DNA of 63,938 nt, filler included, from Octopus bimaculoides (lineage: Eukaryota), in NCBI RefSeq assembly GCF_001194135.2. It is 6 parts of 6 records of this genome, joined end to end, with 100 filler letters (N's around TTAATTAATTAA, not from the genome) between each part and the next. Parts side by side here need not be neighbours in the genome. Positions count along the whole stretch, not along the records: positions 1 to 30,010 come from NC_068983.1; 5 more parts are not named here. One strand, 5' to 3'. The notes beneath the pieces were generated by a model. That model ran no database searches, had not been told where the DNA came from, and saw nothing but the letters and a program-made list of their open reading frames with translations. Each line of letters opens with the position of its first letter. Within the stretch, counting starts at the first letter, position 1. Shown in pieces: positions 13,680 through 26,815 of this stretch. The position numbers and the translations under genes were made by a program.

Positions 13680-13892
13680 TCCTTTCTACTCTAGGCACAA
13701 AGCCTGACATTTTGAGGGAGGAGGTCAATCGATTAGCTCGACCCCAGTACACAACTGGTACTTACTTTATCGACCCCGAAAGGATAAACGGCAAAGTCGA
13801 TTCTAGCGGAATTTGAACTCAGAACGTAAAGACAGACGAAACACCACCAAGCATTTTGCCCAGCATGCTAACGGTTCTGCCAGCTCGCCACT
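13680..13892 (-). mobile_element. SINE family A
   Basis: Full-length reverse-complement match. Confidence 0.88.
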
Positions 13893-14642
13893 TTCCAGTT
13901 CTTAAATATTTGATAAAGATTTTTTTGCATATTATTCTAAGTGTGGGAGAGCTGGGCCTTCTTGAGATAAAGTAGAGAATATTACCGATATAACTGGACA
14001 TTTATATACATATTATTGGCGGATGTTTATATGTGTGTGTACATGTGAGTGAGAGTCTTCCATCGCAAGAATGTTATGCACATATTCAGCAAGCATTTTG
14101 TCTATAAGAAATGGTAAATATATGTGCAAGTGATTTCTGAACAATGTTAGGAAATACAAAAGATATAAGAAGGAAAATAAATTGCAAAACAAAAGGTGTA
14201 AAAATCAAAGAAAAGGCGAAAATAATTATGGAAAAGGATATAAAGCGCTGACAGGTGATTATTTATGGGTCAGAGATGTGTTGAACTGGTTACCAGCTTG
14301 CATGGAAGATCACATTTAATTCATTCGTGTTCAGAAATAACTTAAATGTGTGTTTATCTGCCAGTAACGGGTGTGTGAGAGCAAGTCCAAGTTACTGATG
14401 TGATTTGCGTATAGCAGATATTATGTAAATATCAGGATTAAACAGTCTCAGTGCACCCATGCACATACACACAATTTGAGCAAAGAAGAGGTTGATATTT
14501 ACTTTGAAGTTTCAACAATATAGCCTTCATTGCACTGTTAATTAATTTGGTTACCTAAATCTCATGTAAAGCTGTTAGGGTTCGTTTTAATGGAGGAGCA
14601 ACATGTCTGCAAAATAGACATGGGATAATAGAAGATTTTGTG

Positions 14643-14726
<84 letters not shown>

Positions 14727-14999
14727 CTCGTTCCTGTGCTGGTGGCATGTAAAAAGGGAGTTGAGTTTAACACTAGCTGCAGTAAAAGTCACTGATGAGG
14801 TTTAATATGCTTTGCATCAAAATCAGAAATTGTGGATGTACAGAGTAAAGAATTGATGAAGACAAACATTAGGGGCCGAAAGTCCAAGGTGCATTGTTAT
14901 GGGTAATGTCTACACAACCGCATACATATAGCCATACATACATATATATACACAACCACACACATAAATACATACATATATATTATATATATATATATA

Positions 15000-15030
<31 letters not shown>

Positions 15031-15094
15031 TATACACATACATATATATACACAAATACGCCATGATAGATCGCTAGCCACTACACACATTTTT

Positions 15095-15250
15095 CTTCTC
15101 TGCTTGTTTCTCCCCGTTTCTTTCTGTGTTCCTTTGTGTGGAAGAGCGTAGGCTTGAAACGTTAAAGATTTTCTCTATTCCCGAGCGTTATACTAATACA
15201 TCTGTTTGTTTTCTACACCACCTGTCTTCGTCTTTTTGTTTTTTTGTGAA
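15095..15250 (+). mobile_element. Penelope-type terminal-repeat fragment with a degenerate hammerhead motif
   Basis: CCTTTGTGTGGAAGAGCGTAGGCTTGAAACGTTAAAG...GAGCGTTATACTAATAC; homologous to 39955-40050 (opposite strand). Confidence 0.5.
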
Positions 15251-15530
15251 TTCTCCCTATATATATATATATATATNNNNNNNNNNNNNNNNNNNNNNNN
15301 NNNNNNNNNNNNNNNNNNNNNNNNNNNNNNNNNNNNNNNNNNNNNNNNNNNNNNNNNNNNNNNNNNNNNNNNNNNNNNNNNNNNNNNNNNNNNNNNNNNN
15401 NNNNNNNNNNNNNNNNNNNNNNNNNNNNNNNNNNNNNNNNNNNNNNNNNNNNNNNNNNNNNNNNNNNNNNNNNNNNNNNNNNNNNNNNNNNNNNNNNNNN
15501 NNNNNNNNNNNNNNNNNNNNNNNNNNNNNN

Positions 15531-15577
<47 letters not shown>

Positions 15578-15754
15578 AATACACACATATCCACCAACAT
15601 CACCCCTCTTTTTTTCTCTCTTCTATAATAAGACATATTTTCTCTTTTGCCCCGTTTTACTTTTTAACCAGTCATTATCTGATACGAAGCCACCTCTTTT
15701 AATACTGCTCTCCCTCCCAGTTGAAAGGTATCTGTCTTGCATATTACTTGGGGA

Positions 15755-15935
15755 TTCCACTGGTGCTGGTGCCATATGAAAGGCACCGAGCAGACACCGT
15801 CAAGTAGCTGGCATTAGGAAGGGCATTCAACTGGGAAACTCCAGCTTGGTGCATCCGTCTGCTTTGCCAGCTGCTATCAAATCATCTAACCCATAGCAGC
15901 TTGGGAAAAAGGATGTTAAATGATGATGATGGTCA
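15755..15935 (+). mobile_element. Retroposon family D (diverged 3' end)
   Basis: GGCATTAGGAAGGGCATTCAACTG...GGATGTTAAATGATGATGAT. Confidence 0.65.
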
Positions 15936-16295
15936 CATGAGGATATATAAACACACATGTATATACTGCATATGTGTACAATCAAAAACATACACACACA
16001 CGCATGCATCTATGGTGTTTATCTTTGATGTTTGTCTCTGGTTTCTGTAATGTTGAACGTCTTTGATGGAACACAAGTCTGACCGTTTAAACCTATTCCA
16101 GCTCCAGAAGAAGAAAATGGAGTAAAACAAGTATTGTCAACGAATCAGTCATCGATTTAATTAGGTTAATTCACTGAAGAAAACAATGTCATGTTTTGAT
16201 GCTAATCTTTAGAGCTTATTTTTGTCTTTAATTATTCATACAAAAAATATAATTTCATATTAAACATAATTTTCTTGTTTCATTCTATTTTTCAG

Positions 16296-16499
16296 TTAAA
16301 CAATATCTCGCCACTCTGATGTTTAGTTACTATGACGACAGCCTTGATAACTTTTTACAAGAATCTGAACTTTTGCACATTGAAGAGAAGGAACAATTCA
16401 AGAACCTCTCTGCCAAATGTAGTCTCCTGAACATGTTACTCTTTGAAGATACCGACCATGATAATAAGATTTCCTTCAAAGAATTCATTTCGGCATTTA
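16296..16499 (+). CDS. FSTL5: Internal exon of a follistatin-related protein 4/5-like gene: EF-hand pair, (V)KQYLATLMFSYYDDSLDNFLQESELLHIEEKEQFKNLSAKCSLLNMLLFEDTDHDNKISFKEFISAF
   Basis: Acceptor ttctatttttcag| and donor |gtatgt; 204 nt, phase 1 to phase 1. Canonical second EF loop DTDHDNKISFKE and a semi-canonical first loop. Resembles the vertebrate FSTL5 segment as I recall it (MFKYFDADSNGLVDINEL...CTL...DDFNADKHLALEEFYRAF). Splices in frame to 27590-27750. Confidence 0.85.
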
Positions 16500-16793
16500 G
16501 TATGTATAGCCTTTTTTTCCCCGCTTGTCTTCTATTTTTATTGTATTTTTCGTCCATATTTGTCTGTTCTTTGTGTTACTTACAATGTTTTATAACATGT
16601 TCAGTCAATAACCTACGTTTTCACGTCTAGCAGGAGATCTGCTTGTTTTATCAATGATACCTTTTGGAAAAAGGTTATGTTTTACAACTTCCAGTAACCT
16701 TTCTTCAGAAACCTGTTACAACTTCTTTCTGATGGAGTTAGATGTAAGAAACTACAATGAAAATATGCATGTGTGTGAGTGTATGTTGGCACT

Positions 16794-16916
<123 letters not shown>

Positions 16917-17258
16917 AAATACCAGAATGGTAGCTGCTGATTATATATATATTTATAAGTGAGATGTTTCTAGCACACGTTATTCAAATGTCCATTAACA
17001 ACATTTTCACACACACTGACGTGATTAAATACACGTATACACTGATAGCCACATACATACAAACTCAAATATGTACGCACGCTAGCACACACGGACAGAA
17101 AGATTAACAGATATAAACTTACAAACAAGACCATACACACATGCAACTACACACTCATACATAGTCATGCATATGCAGCAACCTACGCTTGCACCTTTCT
17201 TTCTGCAGACATTTCAATCTTACACACACACACGCACACACACACACACACACACAAT

Positions 17259-17313
<55 letters not shown>

Positions 17314-17429
17314 TCACTCACTCATTCACACACTCACTCACACAGAGCCCCATGCTAAATTCTTGGAAGAATCTGTCCCAGTGGGGTCACAGGTTCTTCC
17401 TTAATTCCAAATGTCTCTAAAGCACTTAA

Positions 17430-18110
17430 AAGTTAAAATTGTTCTGTGGTGAATCTAATGAACGAATTTCAATCTACCCTAATTAAGAGTCACTCCATTA
17501 GCCTTAAGGAGGCTCTTCCCATGTAAGTTTTCATGTTGAGTGAGAGTGGCAGCAAGCCAGAGGACATTTTCTGGCAATGCCTTCTCTTGTAGGTGTTAGG
17601 GCTGGCCAAAACCTCTCTGACTGCCAGGGTCTCATTGTAACAGGAGGCTGCTGCATTGAAATATCTTTGTTTGAGGATAGGTTGGAAATTCTCTTACTGA
17701 CACCATGTACAAGATTATTAAACACTACAGGTGGTCGGTAGGATGCTGTGTTGACGTATGACAGCCTCTCATTTGCGTTGCTGCTGGGGACATATGATCC
17801 TGTGCCTAAACCAAGCATTATCGCTAAAAAATTTACTACGGCAAGTTTGGTTTCTTTAGTAACACCGAAAGCTTTAAGTGTAGATCAGGTCTTTTCTAAA
17901 TCTGTCTAGGGTGTGTCCATTCACACTTCTAAAGATGGTTAAAGCATTGTCTCTGTCTAAGTCAACCCAGGCTGACGGGAATTTCTTACCGAACCTATCT
18001 AATGTAATACTTCCATTGCCATTTCTAAGGAACCTTCTTGGTCTGTTTATTTGAACCGGGTCAAACCCTTATCAAACAACAAGATCGTTCTGGTATTCCT
18101 TATTACATCT
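17430..18110 (-). mobile_element. Penelope-like element RT remnant
   Basis: LDRDNAL (LYRDDGL-like), VVNFL..MLGLGTGSY, SYVNTASYRPPVVFNNLVHGVSKRISNLSSNKDI; frameshifted. Confidence 0.7.
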
Positions 18111-18121
18111 CTATCCGTAAA

Positions 18122-18600
18122 GTAATACTATGTTGTCAACCTAATATGTCAGTCCCATGAAAGGGAAGAATGCTACTGTTATTTACCTCAGGAAACACCG
18201 TTTCCTGTTGAACTTGACATATTTCTTCTGTCCTTATGTTTTCAAAGGGGAGATAAGCACCTCCACCCAGCAAAGCCAGCATCCAGAGACTAGTTTCAGA
18301 GTCATTGCTCATCATCAGTCTGAAGTAGCATGGCTTGATAGCTGTCGATGCCCATCTGGCTTTGAAAACATATTTCAAGTGAAATACATTCACTGATTTT
18401 TGAAAATAGAAATACTAAATTTCTAAATCTCTCAGAGAGATTTATGCAGTAGCATAAACGGTGTTTTCTAAGGCTAAATAACAGTAGCATTCTTCCCTTT
18501 CATGGGACTGTCACATTAAGTTGACAACATACTATCAATTTCTCGTGCTGCTACTGCATAAATCTCTCTGAGAGATTTAGAAATGTATTATTTCTGTTTT
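18122..18600. repeat. Two overlapping inverted-repeat systems (MITE-like)
   Basis: 18122-18200 is the reverse complement of about 18457-18540. That right arm is itself enclosed by arms at about 18402-18455 and 18549-18602. A third copy of the first arm lies at about 5225-5310. Confidence 0.75.
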
Positions 18601-19187
18601 CATCTCTATCCCTGTTGGTAATTTTGGTAAACTCTTTAGCAAAATTAAATGCCCCAGATAATAACGCTTTCAGTATACATAAATAAAAGTCCACTATATT
18701 GAACTGGATGAATGTTGCTCTGCTTCTAAAATGGTTTGTGCTAATTCATGAAATTACTTCATTTGCACTGTGCCATAGCCTTTCAAAAGTCTTGTGTGAT
18801 ATTACAGGTCGTTGTTGACTTATGACCTATCCAACCGATGACCGATCGACTTTACGATGATTGGCTTTCCAGAAGTTTATCCTTTAAGTATATGTGAACA
18901 TGCCTAGACATGCAACTATAGCTATGAGAATATATGCATAACACAAAATCTACACAAACACACACCAAAAAATACCCTGATGTTGTTGAAATCCCAATGA
19001 AGGAGCCTTGCACCTAGGTTAGAAACCAGCTCCCTCTCTCTATTGAGAAGAAATCTTGAAATAAAACTGAATAATTGCATATATCCATATATAAAGATGG
19101 AGATGGATTTGCTTGAAGCCTATAAAGCAATCGTCAAGGAGATATTGTTCTTTCATCTCTATTTTTCTTTGACTAAATAATTATTTA

Positions 19188-19260
<73 letters not shown>

Positions 19261-19889
19261 TACATATGCATTCTCTCTTTCAGTCTCTCTCTCAGTCTCT
19301 CTCTCTCTCTCTCTTTCTCTCACATACACACACAGAGACACACACATACACACACACACTCTCTCTCTCTCTTTTAGTCTCTCTCTCAGTTTCTCTCTCT
19401 CTCAGTCTCTCTTTCTCTCTCACACATACACACACACTCTCTCTCAGTCTCTCTATCTCTCTCACTCCCACGCTCTTTTTCCCTCTCTCCCCCTTTCCTC
19501 CAACCACCACATGTATCCCTTTTTCCAGTCCTCCCACCCACTTGCACTCCATTCTTTTATTTGCGTGTATCATCATTCCCTAACGAACTTTAAATGATGA
19601 AATAAATTCATCTGAAGTGGTTGTTCACTCGTAATAACATTTTGAAATGTTTCTTCCCCAAAGTCTGGGGATAATTGGAAGGAAGTTAATATCGTTAATG
19701 TCAGTTTTGAAACATTGCAAGCAATAACCAAGGAATAAAACATGGAAAATAGGGAATTTGTTTTCAGAAGAGTTCATTTCTGAGGTGAAAACCTTGGGAA
19801 CACAAAAGCATTTATTTAGTACAAAGTGAAATTGAACTAATTCCTGAGGGAAGTGGACAAATATTAATAAGAAAATTACTGTTTGTAAA

Positions 19890-20445
19890 TCTCACAATGA
19901 GAGATATTCAACAATAGTACTTTGCAGTAAAGATTATTTGCCAACATAACATGGCAATCCTGTTTTAGGACGAATGTTGCTGTAATTTAGCTCCAGGACA
20001 CATCGTCTCTAGCTGGGTATACAACACAATCTGTGTCCTTACATTTTTTGAACAAGAGAATCTAGCACCCCCACTCAGCTCAAAACAATATCTGTGTATT
20101 GTGATTTCCAGGTAATTGTCCTTCATCAGCACAGAATAATTGTTTGGCTAGAGTTGGAGCTGCTAATTTCCTGTTTGAAATATATAGTTTTCAAAGTGAC
20201 AATTAGTCACTGATCTATAAATTAGAAAATTAGCATTTTTAAATCTCACAGTACTTTGGAGCAAAGATTGTTTGCCAACATAACATGGCAGTCCTGGTTT
20301 AGGATGAATGTTGCTGTAATTTAGCCCCAGGAGACATTGTCTCCAGCTGGCTATATTACATCGTCTCCTGGGGCTAAATTACAGCAACATTCATCCTAAG
20401 CCAGGACTACCATGTTATGTTGGCAAACAACCTTTACTGCAAATA
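19890..20445. repeat. Foldback element (arms about 20258-20335 and 20362-20445) plus an upstream direct copy of the left arm (about 19915-20010)
   Basis: TTTGCCAACATAACATGGCA...GAATGTTGCTGTAATTTAGC occurs twice directly and once inverted. Confidence 0.8.
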
Positions 20446-21099
20446 TTAATAGTTAAGTTTATGGCTTCTTGCATCCTACATCGAAAACACATCTTAGCTT
20501 TCATCTTGTAGATCTTGCTTTAAAAGAGAGGTAGATTTAAAATGTTACCTTGTTTAACACCAGTCTGTGATCAGACCGAACTTTATTCCTCTACCAACAC
20601 ACCTAGTATTGGAGACCCTTACAGAATATCAGCAGTTCTACTTTTCCTCTTGTGACTAAACCGTTAAACAAAAAGAAGGCACTGATATGATGTGAAACTA
20701 CTTTGTAAAGATTCTTTGTCTGTAACGATGAGGCCAATACCTTTTGAAGAATGGACTCCAAAGGGACAGATTCTTCAGTGGTTGTGTATGCTCTTATAAT
20801 TAAACTGGTTATGAGGGAGACCAACAATAATGGAACAATGATGTTGTAGGACAAAAGTCAGATGGGTAAACGAAACAGATTTCCTGAAAACAGCATAATT
20901 AAACAACTGGTAATTGAGAATGATTTAACAGCATGTACCATGGCTTTGTTAATTGGTTTAGGTACCCTGTAATGAAAAACAGGTAGAAGTACCCCTCATT
21001 GTCCTCCTAACCTTGACTCACTAGAACACTCAGGGTGTAACAGCTGGAAGGATAGAGGACAGCATCTATCCCTAGTTTCTGCATTGACCACCAGAAAAG

Positions 21100-21275
21100 G
21101 GATCAAGGGACCCTGTCAAAGGCTTTCTCCATGTCAACGAAAGCCAGGTACAGAGGTTTATCTTTGGCTAGGAATATCTCCTGCAGCTGTCTTACCAGAA
21201 ATATAGCATCAGTGGTGTTTCTACCTGGCACAAACCCAAACCGCATCTTGTCTAAAATAACTCTCTCAGCCAATG
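21100..21275 (-). mobile_element. RTE-clade LINE RT fragment
   Basis: FGFVPGRNTTDAIFLVRQLQE..LAKDKPLYLAFVDMEKAFDRVP. Confidence 0.85.
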
Positions 21276-21579
21276 GATGTGAAATGATGATGTTGATGAT
21301 GATGATGATGATGTTACACAGAAAAGAAATATTGCAAGAAAAAGATTTTAACCACAATGACAACTATTTATGTTTGGTCAAAAGAAGATGGGAACATTTA
21401 ACAGATTCTACCAAAGCAGAAATTCTGGCAACCGCACAATGATTAACAACATTAGCAAAAGAAAAAAGAAGATAGATTTCACAATTTTACAGAAGCAGAT
21501 ACACACCGCTAGCCTTTCGGTCCAAAATAATAATAGCATTAGACATATAATTCTTATATACGAATTTCACTTAATGCAC

Positions 21580-22110
21580 ACACACATATATATATATACA
21601 TTACACACACTCACATGCACATACATTTATATATTACACACACACACACATATACATATATACATTACACACACACATATAAGCATTATACACATACGTA
21701 CATATATACATTATGCACACATACATATATACTTTAGACACACATACGCACACATACATACATATATACATTACACACACACATATATACATTACACACA
21801 CACACACACACATACATATATACATTACACACACACATACATATATACATTACCCACATACATATATACATTACACACACACACATACATATATATACAT
21901 TACACACATACATATATACATTACACACACACATATACATTACACACACACACATATGCACAAACATATATACACTACACACACACATACATATATACAT
22001 TACACATGCACACATGTATATATATACATTACACAGACATACATATATACATTACATACAGACACACACAGACACAGACACACACACAGAACCCAGACAC
22101 ATATCTATGC
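21580..22110. repeat. Compound (TA)/(CA) minisatellite, unit about TATATACATTACACACACACATA
   Basis: About 20 degenerate units with TACATTACAC recurring; this is the source of the spurious His/Thr/Tyr/Ile ORFs. Confidence 0.9.
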
Positions 22111-22141
22111 ATAAATTCTAAAGAAACCGCCCCTCTCTCTA

Positions 22142-22196
<55 letters not shown>

Positions 22197-23143
22197 NNNN
22201 NNNNNNNNNNNNNNNNNNNNNNNNNNNNNNNNNNNNNNNNNNNNNNNNNNNNNNNNNNNNNNNNNNNNNNNNNNNNNNNNNNNNNNNNNNNNNNNNNNNN
22301 NNNNNNNNNNNNNNNNNNNNNNNNNNNNNNNNNNNNNNNNNNNNNNNNNNNNNNNNNNNNNNNNNNNNNNNNNNNNNNNNNNNNNNNNNNNNNNNNNNNN
22401 NNNNNNNNNNNNNNNNNNNNNNNNNNNNNNNNNNNNNNNNNNNNNNNNNNNNNNNNNNNNNNNNNNNNNNNNNNNNNNNNNNNNNNNNNNNNNNNNNNNN
22501 NNNNNNNNNNNNNNNNNNNNNNNNNNNNNNNNNNNNNNNNNNNNNNNNNNNNNNNNNNNNNNNNNNNNNNNNNNNNNNNNNNNNNNNNNNNNNNNNNNNN
22601 NNNNNNNNNNNNNNNNNNNNNNNNNNNNNNNNNNNNNNNNNNNNNNNNNNNNNNNNNNNNNNNNNNNNNNNNNNNNNNNNNNNNNNNNNNNNNNNNNNNN
22701 NNNNNNNNNNNNNNNNNNNNNNNNNNNNNNNNNNNNNNNNNNNNNNNNNNNNNNNNNNNNNNNNNNNNNNNNNNNNNNNNNNNNNNNNNNNNNNNNNNNN
22801 NNNNNNNNNNNNNNNNNNNNNNNNNNNNNNNNNNNNNNNNNNNNNNNNNNNNNNNNNNNNNNNNNNNNNNNNNNNNNNNNNNNNNNNNNNNNNNNNNNNN
22901 NNNNNNNNNNNNNNNNNNATATATATATGTGTGTGTGTACATGTAAATATATATATATATATATACATGTAAATTTACATGTACATACACACACACACGC
23001 ATACACAAATATATATTTATACAAACATATATACATGCATAACGTACACCTATATACATACACACACACACATTTCTTTTGATTTTTTTCTCACTTCAAG
23101 TACATTACTGCTATAGGTGATGTTGTCGTGTCATCGCAATGAT

Positions 23144-23181
<38 letters not shown>

Positions 23182-23462
23182 TAGTAGCCACAATAGTGAT
23201 ACCAATTGTTATTTCAGTGAGAGCAGCATCAGCATCATCATCATCATCAGCAGTAGTGTTGGTTTTGTTTTTTGGTGGAGGAAAAAGTACCTCCACCGAA
23301 ATTGAATCATACTCCTGTTGTATTGAAACTTTCGTGCACTTTTGTTTTGGCAATGGAACCGACTGATACCAAAATATTGTTATCAAATAATAGCTTATTC
23401 AGATTTATCTCAATGCATTGTGTTAGCTATCCATTAGTTGCATATACAAACATACCCACATA

Positions 23463-23504
<42 letters not shown>

Positions 23505-23812
23505 GGGTGTGTATAGATCTGTCTATATGTTTATGAACACGTACATTTTTATCTTATGCAAGTTTATTTTTTCCAGATATTTATCTTGATGTGTTTTCTG
23601 TACAATGTTAGCTATTAAACACACATACACACATAAATATATGCAAGTATAAATATATGTATGTGTGTGTGTGTGTATACATACATACATACATACATAT
23701 ATATATATGCATATATATATATATGTGTGCATATATGTGTTTGTATATATGTATGTATATATGTGTGTGTAAGTATNNNNNNNNNNTATATATGTGTGTG
23801 TAAGTATTTATA

Positions 23813-23872
<60 letters not shown>

Positions 23873-24744
23873 TCCATATATACACATATATATACACATG
23901 TATGTGTATGTATATATGTGTGTGTGTATGTACATGCATACGTGTATATGTATCTATAAGCATACATATGTATATATGTGTTTGTATATATGTTTGTATA
24001 TATGTGTTTGTATATATGTGTGTATGTATGTATATGTACATCAGTACATACATGTGTATGAGCATGTACACATTCACACTATCTCGAATGAGTATTTGTT
24101 TGGAGATAGGCATAGAATATTACTGATTCAACTCTATTAGCACCAAAGACTTTATTCATCTGGTACCAAAGTTACAAAGATATACACACACATATGCATA
24201 TACATGGTTATTTGTGCACACCACTACACACATATATAAACACAAAATATAAATAAATGAATAAACATTTATATTTAAAAAAGTAACATAAAAAAAACAC
24301 AGAAGGCAAGCAAATATTACAGGCTTATCGTAATGAATATATATCTCTGGAAAATTCTAGACTACGGCTGAGATATAGAATAATTTAGTTTGGTAGAGTA
24401 CAGTGGAGACTTTGAGTAAATGGGACAGATTGGTATTTCAGAACATTTATAATCTGTTTCTAACCAAGCTACCTGACTTCGTTTCTTTGTTGTTGTTTGA
24501 CCCCAAGCTGGCTCTGATGGGGCAAACCTAGTAACGAAAGATAATCCATTTCTGAACAAGCAACTCACCTGATGATGTGCTGGTACACAACTGCCACTGT
24601 ATCATATTTGATTATGTAATGATTTATAAAAGAAGAAAATTATGTAAATAGTGTGATGTGGAAAAATCAGCAATTACCACTGCTCAGAAACAATTGTTGT
24701 GTTTCGAAATTAAAACCTGTTCATTTCATCTTCTGGCTTCATAA

Positions 24745-24902
24745 AATGGAGTGACTGTGTGATAAGAAGCTTGCTTCCGAAGAACATGGTTCCAGGTTCA
24801 GTCCTATTGCATGGCCCCTTGGACAAGTGCCTTCTACTATAGTCTCGGGCTAACCAAAGCCTTCTGAGAAGATTTGGTAGATGGAAACTGAAAGAAGCCT
24901 TA
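24745..24902 (+). mobile_element. SINE family C
   Basis: Same body as 29676-29832. Confidence 0.8.
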
Positions 24903-25097
24903 TTTACATTATTTACATTTGAAGAATATTTGTCCTCATCTTTTTCATTGTTAACACAATGTTTTGGCTGATATACCCTCCAGCCTTCATCAAGTGCCTT
25001 GAGGAAATTTCGAACCTGGGTTCTCATTCCTAAGGTATTTTTTTGATGTTATCATCATCAACATCATTATTATTATTATTATTCAGGTCACTACCTG

Positions 25098-25156
<59 letters not shown>

Positions 25157-25332
25157 TTTGAGGGGCTAAGTATAATCCCGGTGAACCCCACTTCAGCACT
25201 TAATGCTGGAACCTGGCTGACATCGTGTTTTAATAACAGAAGTAAGATTAGTTATATTTCAGTTAATTATAAAAGGAGCACGTTACTAGTCCCAGACATG
25301 TATATCCATAAGGTATATCATAATCCTCCCAG

Positions 25333-25369
<37 letters not shown>

Positions 25370-25392
25370 GCACACATGTATATATGTATATA

Positions 25393-25435
<43 letters not shown>

Positions 25436-25837
25436 TCACTTCGTTTCTTCAGTGTTCCCAATACTTTTAACGAGATGAAATTTGTATTCTAATAACGCTC
25501 TCTTTGATAAATCACTTATATCTTGGTGACAGATACTTAGCGAATTCTTTAGCGCCATAATCCTTCCTTATTCCTGTTTCCACAGTTTTCCTCTCCAGAT
25601 TATCGTGATGCAATGTTTGCATAAATTCTGCCAACTCTAGAATTTGATTCCACTTCATGCTTCACCCTCTATTTCTCATTATCAGTCATCCAATGTAAAC
25701 GAAGAATTTCTTTCCAAGCTAATGATATTCATCTTTATTTTGGTAATGGCATGATTATAACTCAGCTTAGAAAAGTCAATTTAAGTCCACTAAAGGCAAC
25801 CTAGAATTCTTTATTATCAATATTTATTCTACTAAAA

Positions 25838-26622
25838 GACGGCGAGCTGGCAGAATCGGTAGCACTCTGGGCGAAATGTTTAGCAGTATTTTGTCTGTCT
25901 TTACATTCTGAGTTCAAATTCTGTCGAGGTCGACTATGCCTTTCATCCTTTTGGGGGTCGATAAATTAAGAACCAGTTGCATACTGGGATTGATCTAATC
26001 GACTGGCCTCCTCCCCCAAAAATTCGGGCCTTGTGCCTAGAGTAGAAAAGAATTGTTAGCACACCAAGCAAAATGCTTAGCAGTGTTTCACCTGTATTTA
26101 AGTTCTGAGTTCAAATTCTGGTGAGGTTGACTTTGCCTTTCATCTCTCTGGGGTCGATAAATTAAGTACCAGTTGAGTACTGGGGTCGATCTAATTGACT
26201 GTCCCCTTCCCCAACAATTTTGGGCCTTGTGCTTAGTGTAGAAAAAAATGTTTTGATCAATATAAGGTGGTGAGCTGGCAGAGACGTTAGCATGCCAGGT
26301 GAAATGCTTAGCGTTCTGAGTTCAAATTCTGCCAAGGTCAACTTCGCCTTTTAGTAATGAAAGGAAAATATTAAATTGATATAAACTATAAAATGCCTTA
26401 CATTATTTACTCCAAGCTGGCAGAATCGTTAGCACACCGGGTGAAATGCTTAGCAGTATTTTGTCTGTCGTTACGTTCTGAGTTCAAATTTCACCGAGGT
26501 CAACTTTGCCTTTCATCCTTTTGGGGTTGATAAATTAAGTACCAGTTGCGTACTGGGGTCGATCTTATCGACTGGCCCCGCTTCCCAAAAATATCAGGCC
26601 TTGTACCTAGAGTAGAAAAGAA
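25838..26622 (+). mobile_element. Four head-to-tail copies of tRNA-derived SINE family A
   Basis: Repeated GCTGGCAGAATCGTTAGCA (A box), GAGTTCAAATT (B box), GGGGTCGATAAATTAAGTACCAGTT body and GTAGAAAAG tail; the third copy is truncated. Confidence 0.9.
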
Positions 26623-26801
26623 TATTTATTCTGCTACGTTAATCTCATTATTTTTTACTGAAATATATGATCTTTATAGATGAAGGGCAGTTCTTAACCC
26701 AACTGTATTCTAACACCAAAAAAATAAAATAAAAAAAGAAAACATTTATAACCTGAAAAGGAAATTTCAATATAAGAGGTGTGATAAAAATTATTGTGAC
26801 T

Positions 26802-26815
26802 GTTGCTATGGTAAC
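26802..26815. promoter_or_regulatory. RFX X-box-like palindrome GTTGCTATGGTAAC
   Basis: Matches the RFX consensus GTTGCYATGGYAAC; lies in apparently non-repetitive intronic DNA about 775 bp upstream of the FSTL Ig exon. Function is not shown. Confidence 0.4.

Noticed and set aside
14790-14832. CTGATGAG...GAAA possible hammerhead (also CTGACGAG at about 2706)
   Set aside because: No credible helix II or helix I/III pairing around the motif.
20603-20854. - strand ORF with a hydrophobic N-terminus
   Set aside because: No convincing splice or start context and no homology recognised.
21370-23082. 570-aa ORF rich in His/Thr/Tyr/Ile, plus all long ORFs full of X
   Set aside because: They are translations of (TA)/(CA) minisatellites and N gaps, with no coding signal.
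24569-24596. 28-nt - strand candidate microexon with a GTGAGT donor, and the neighbouring ORF 24362-24568
   Set aside because: No frame matches the missing TGFBRAP1 sequence or any family I recognise.
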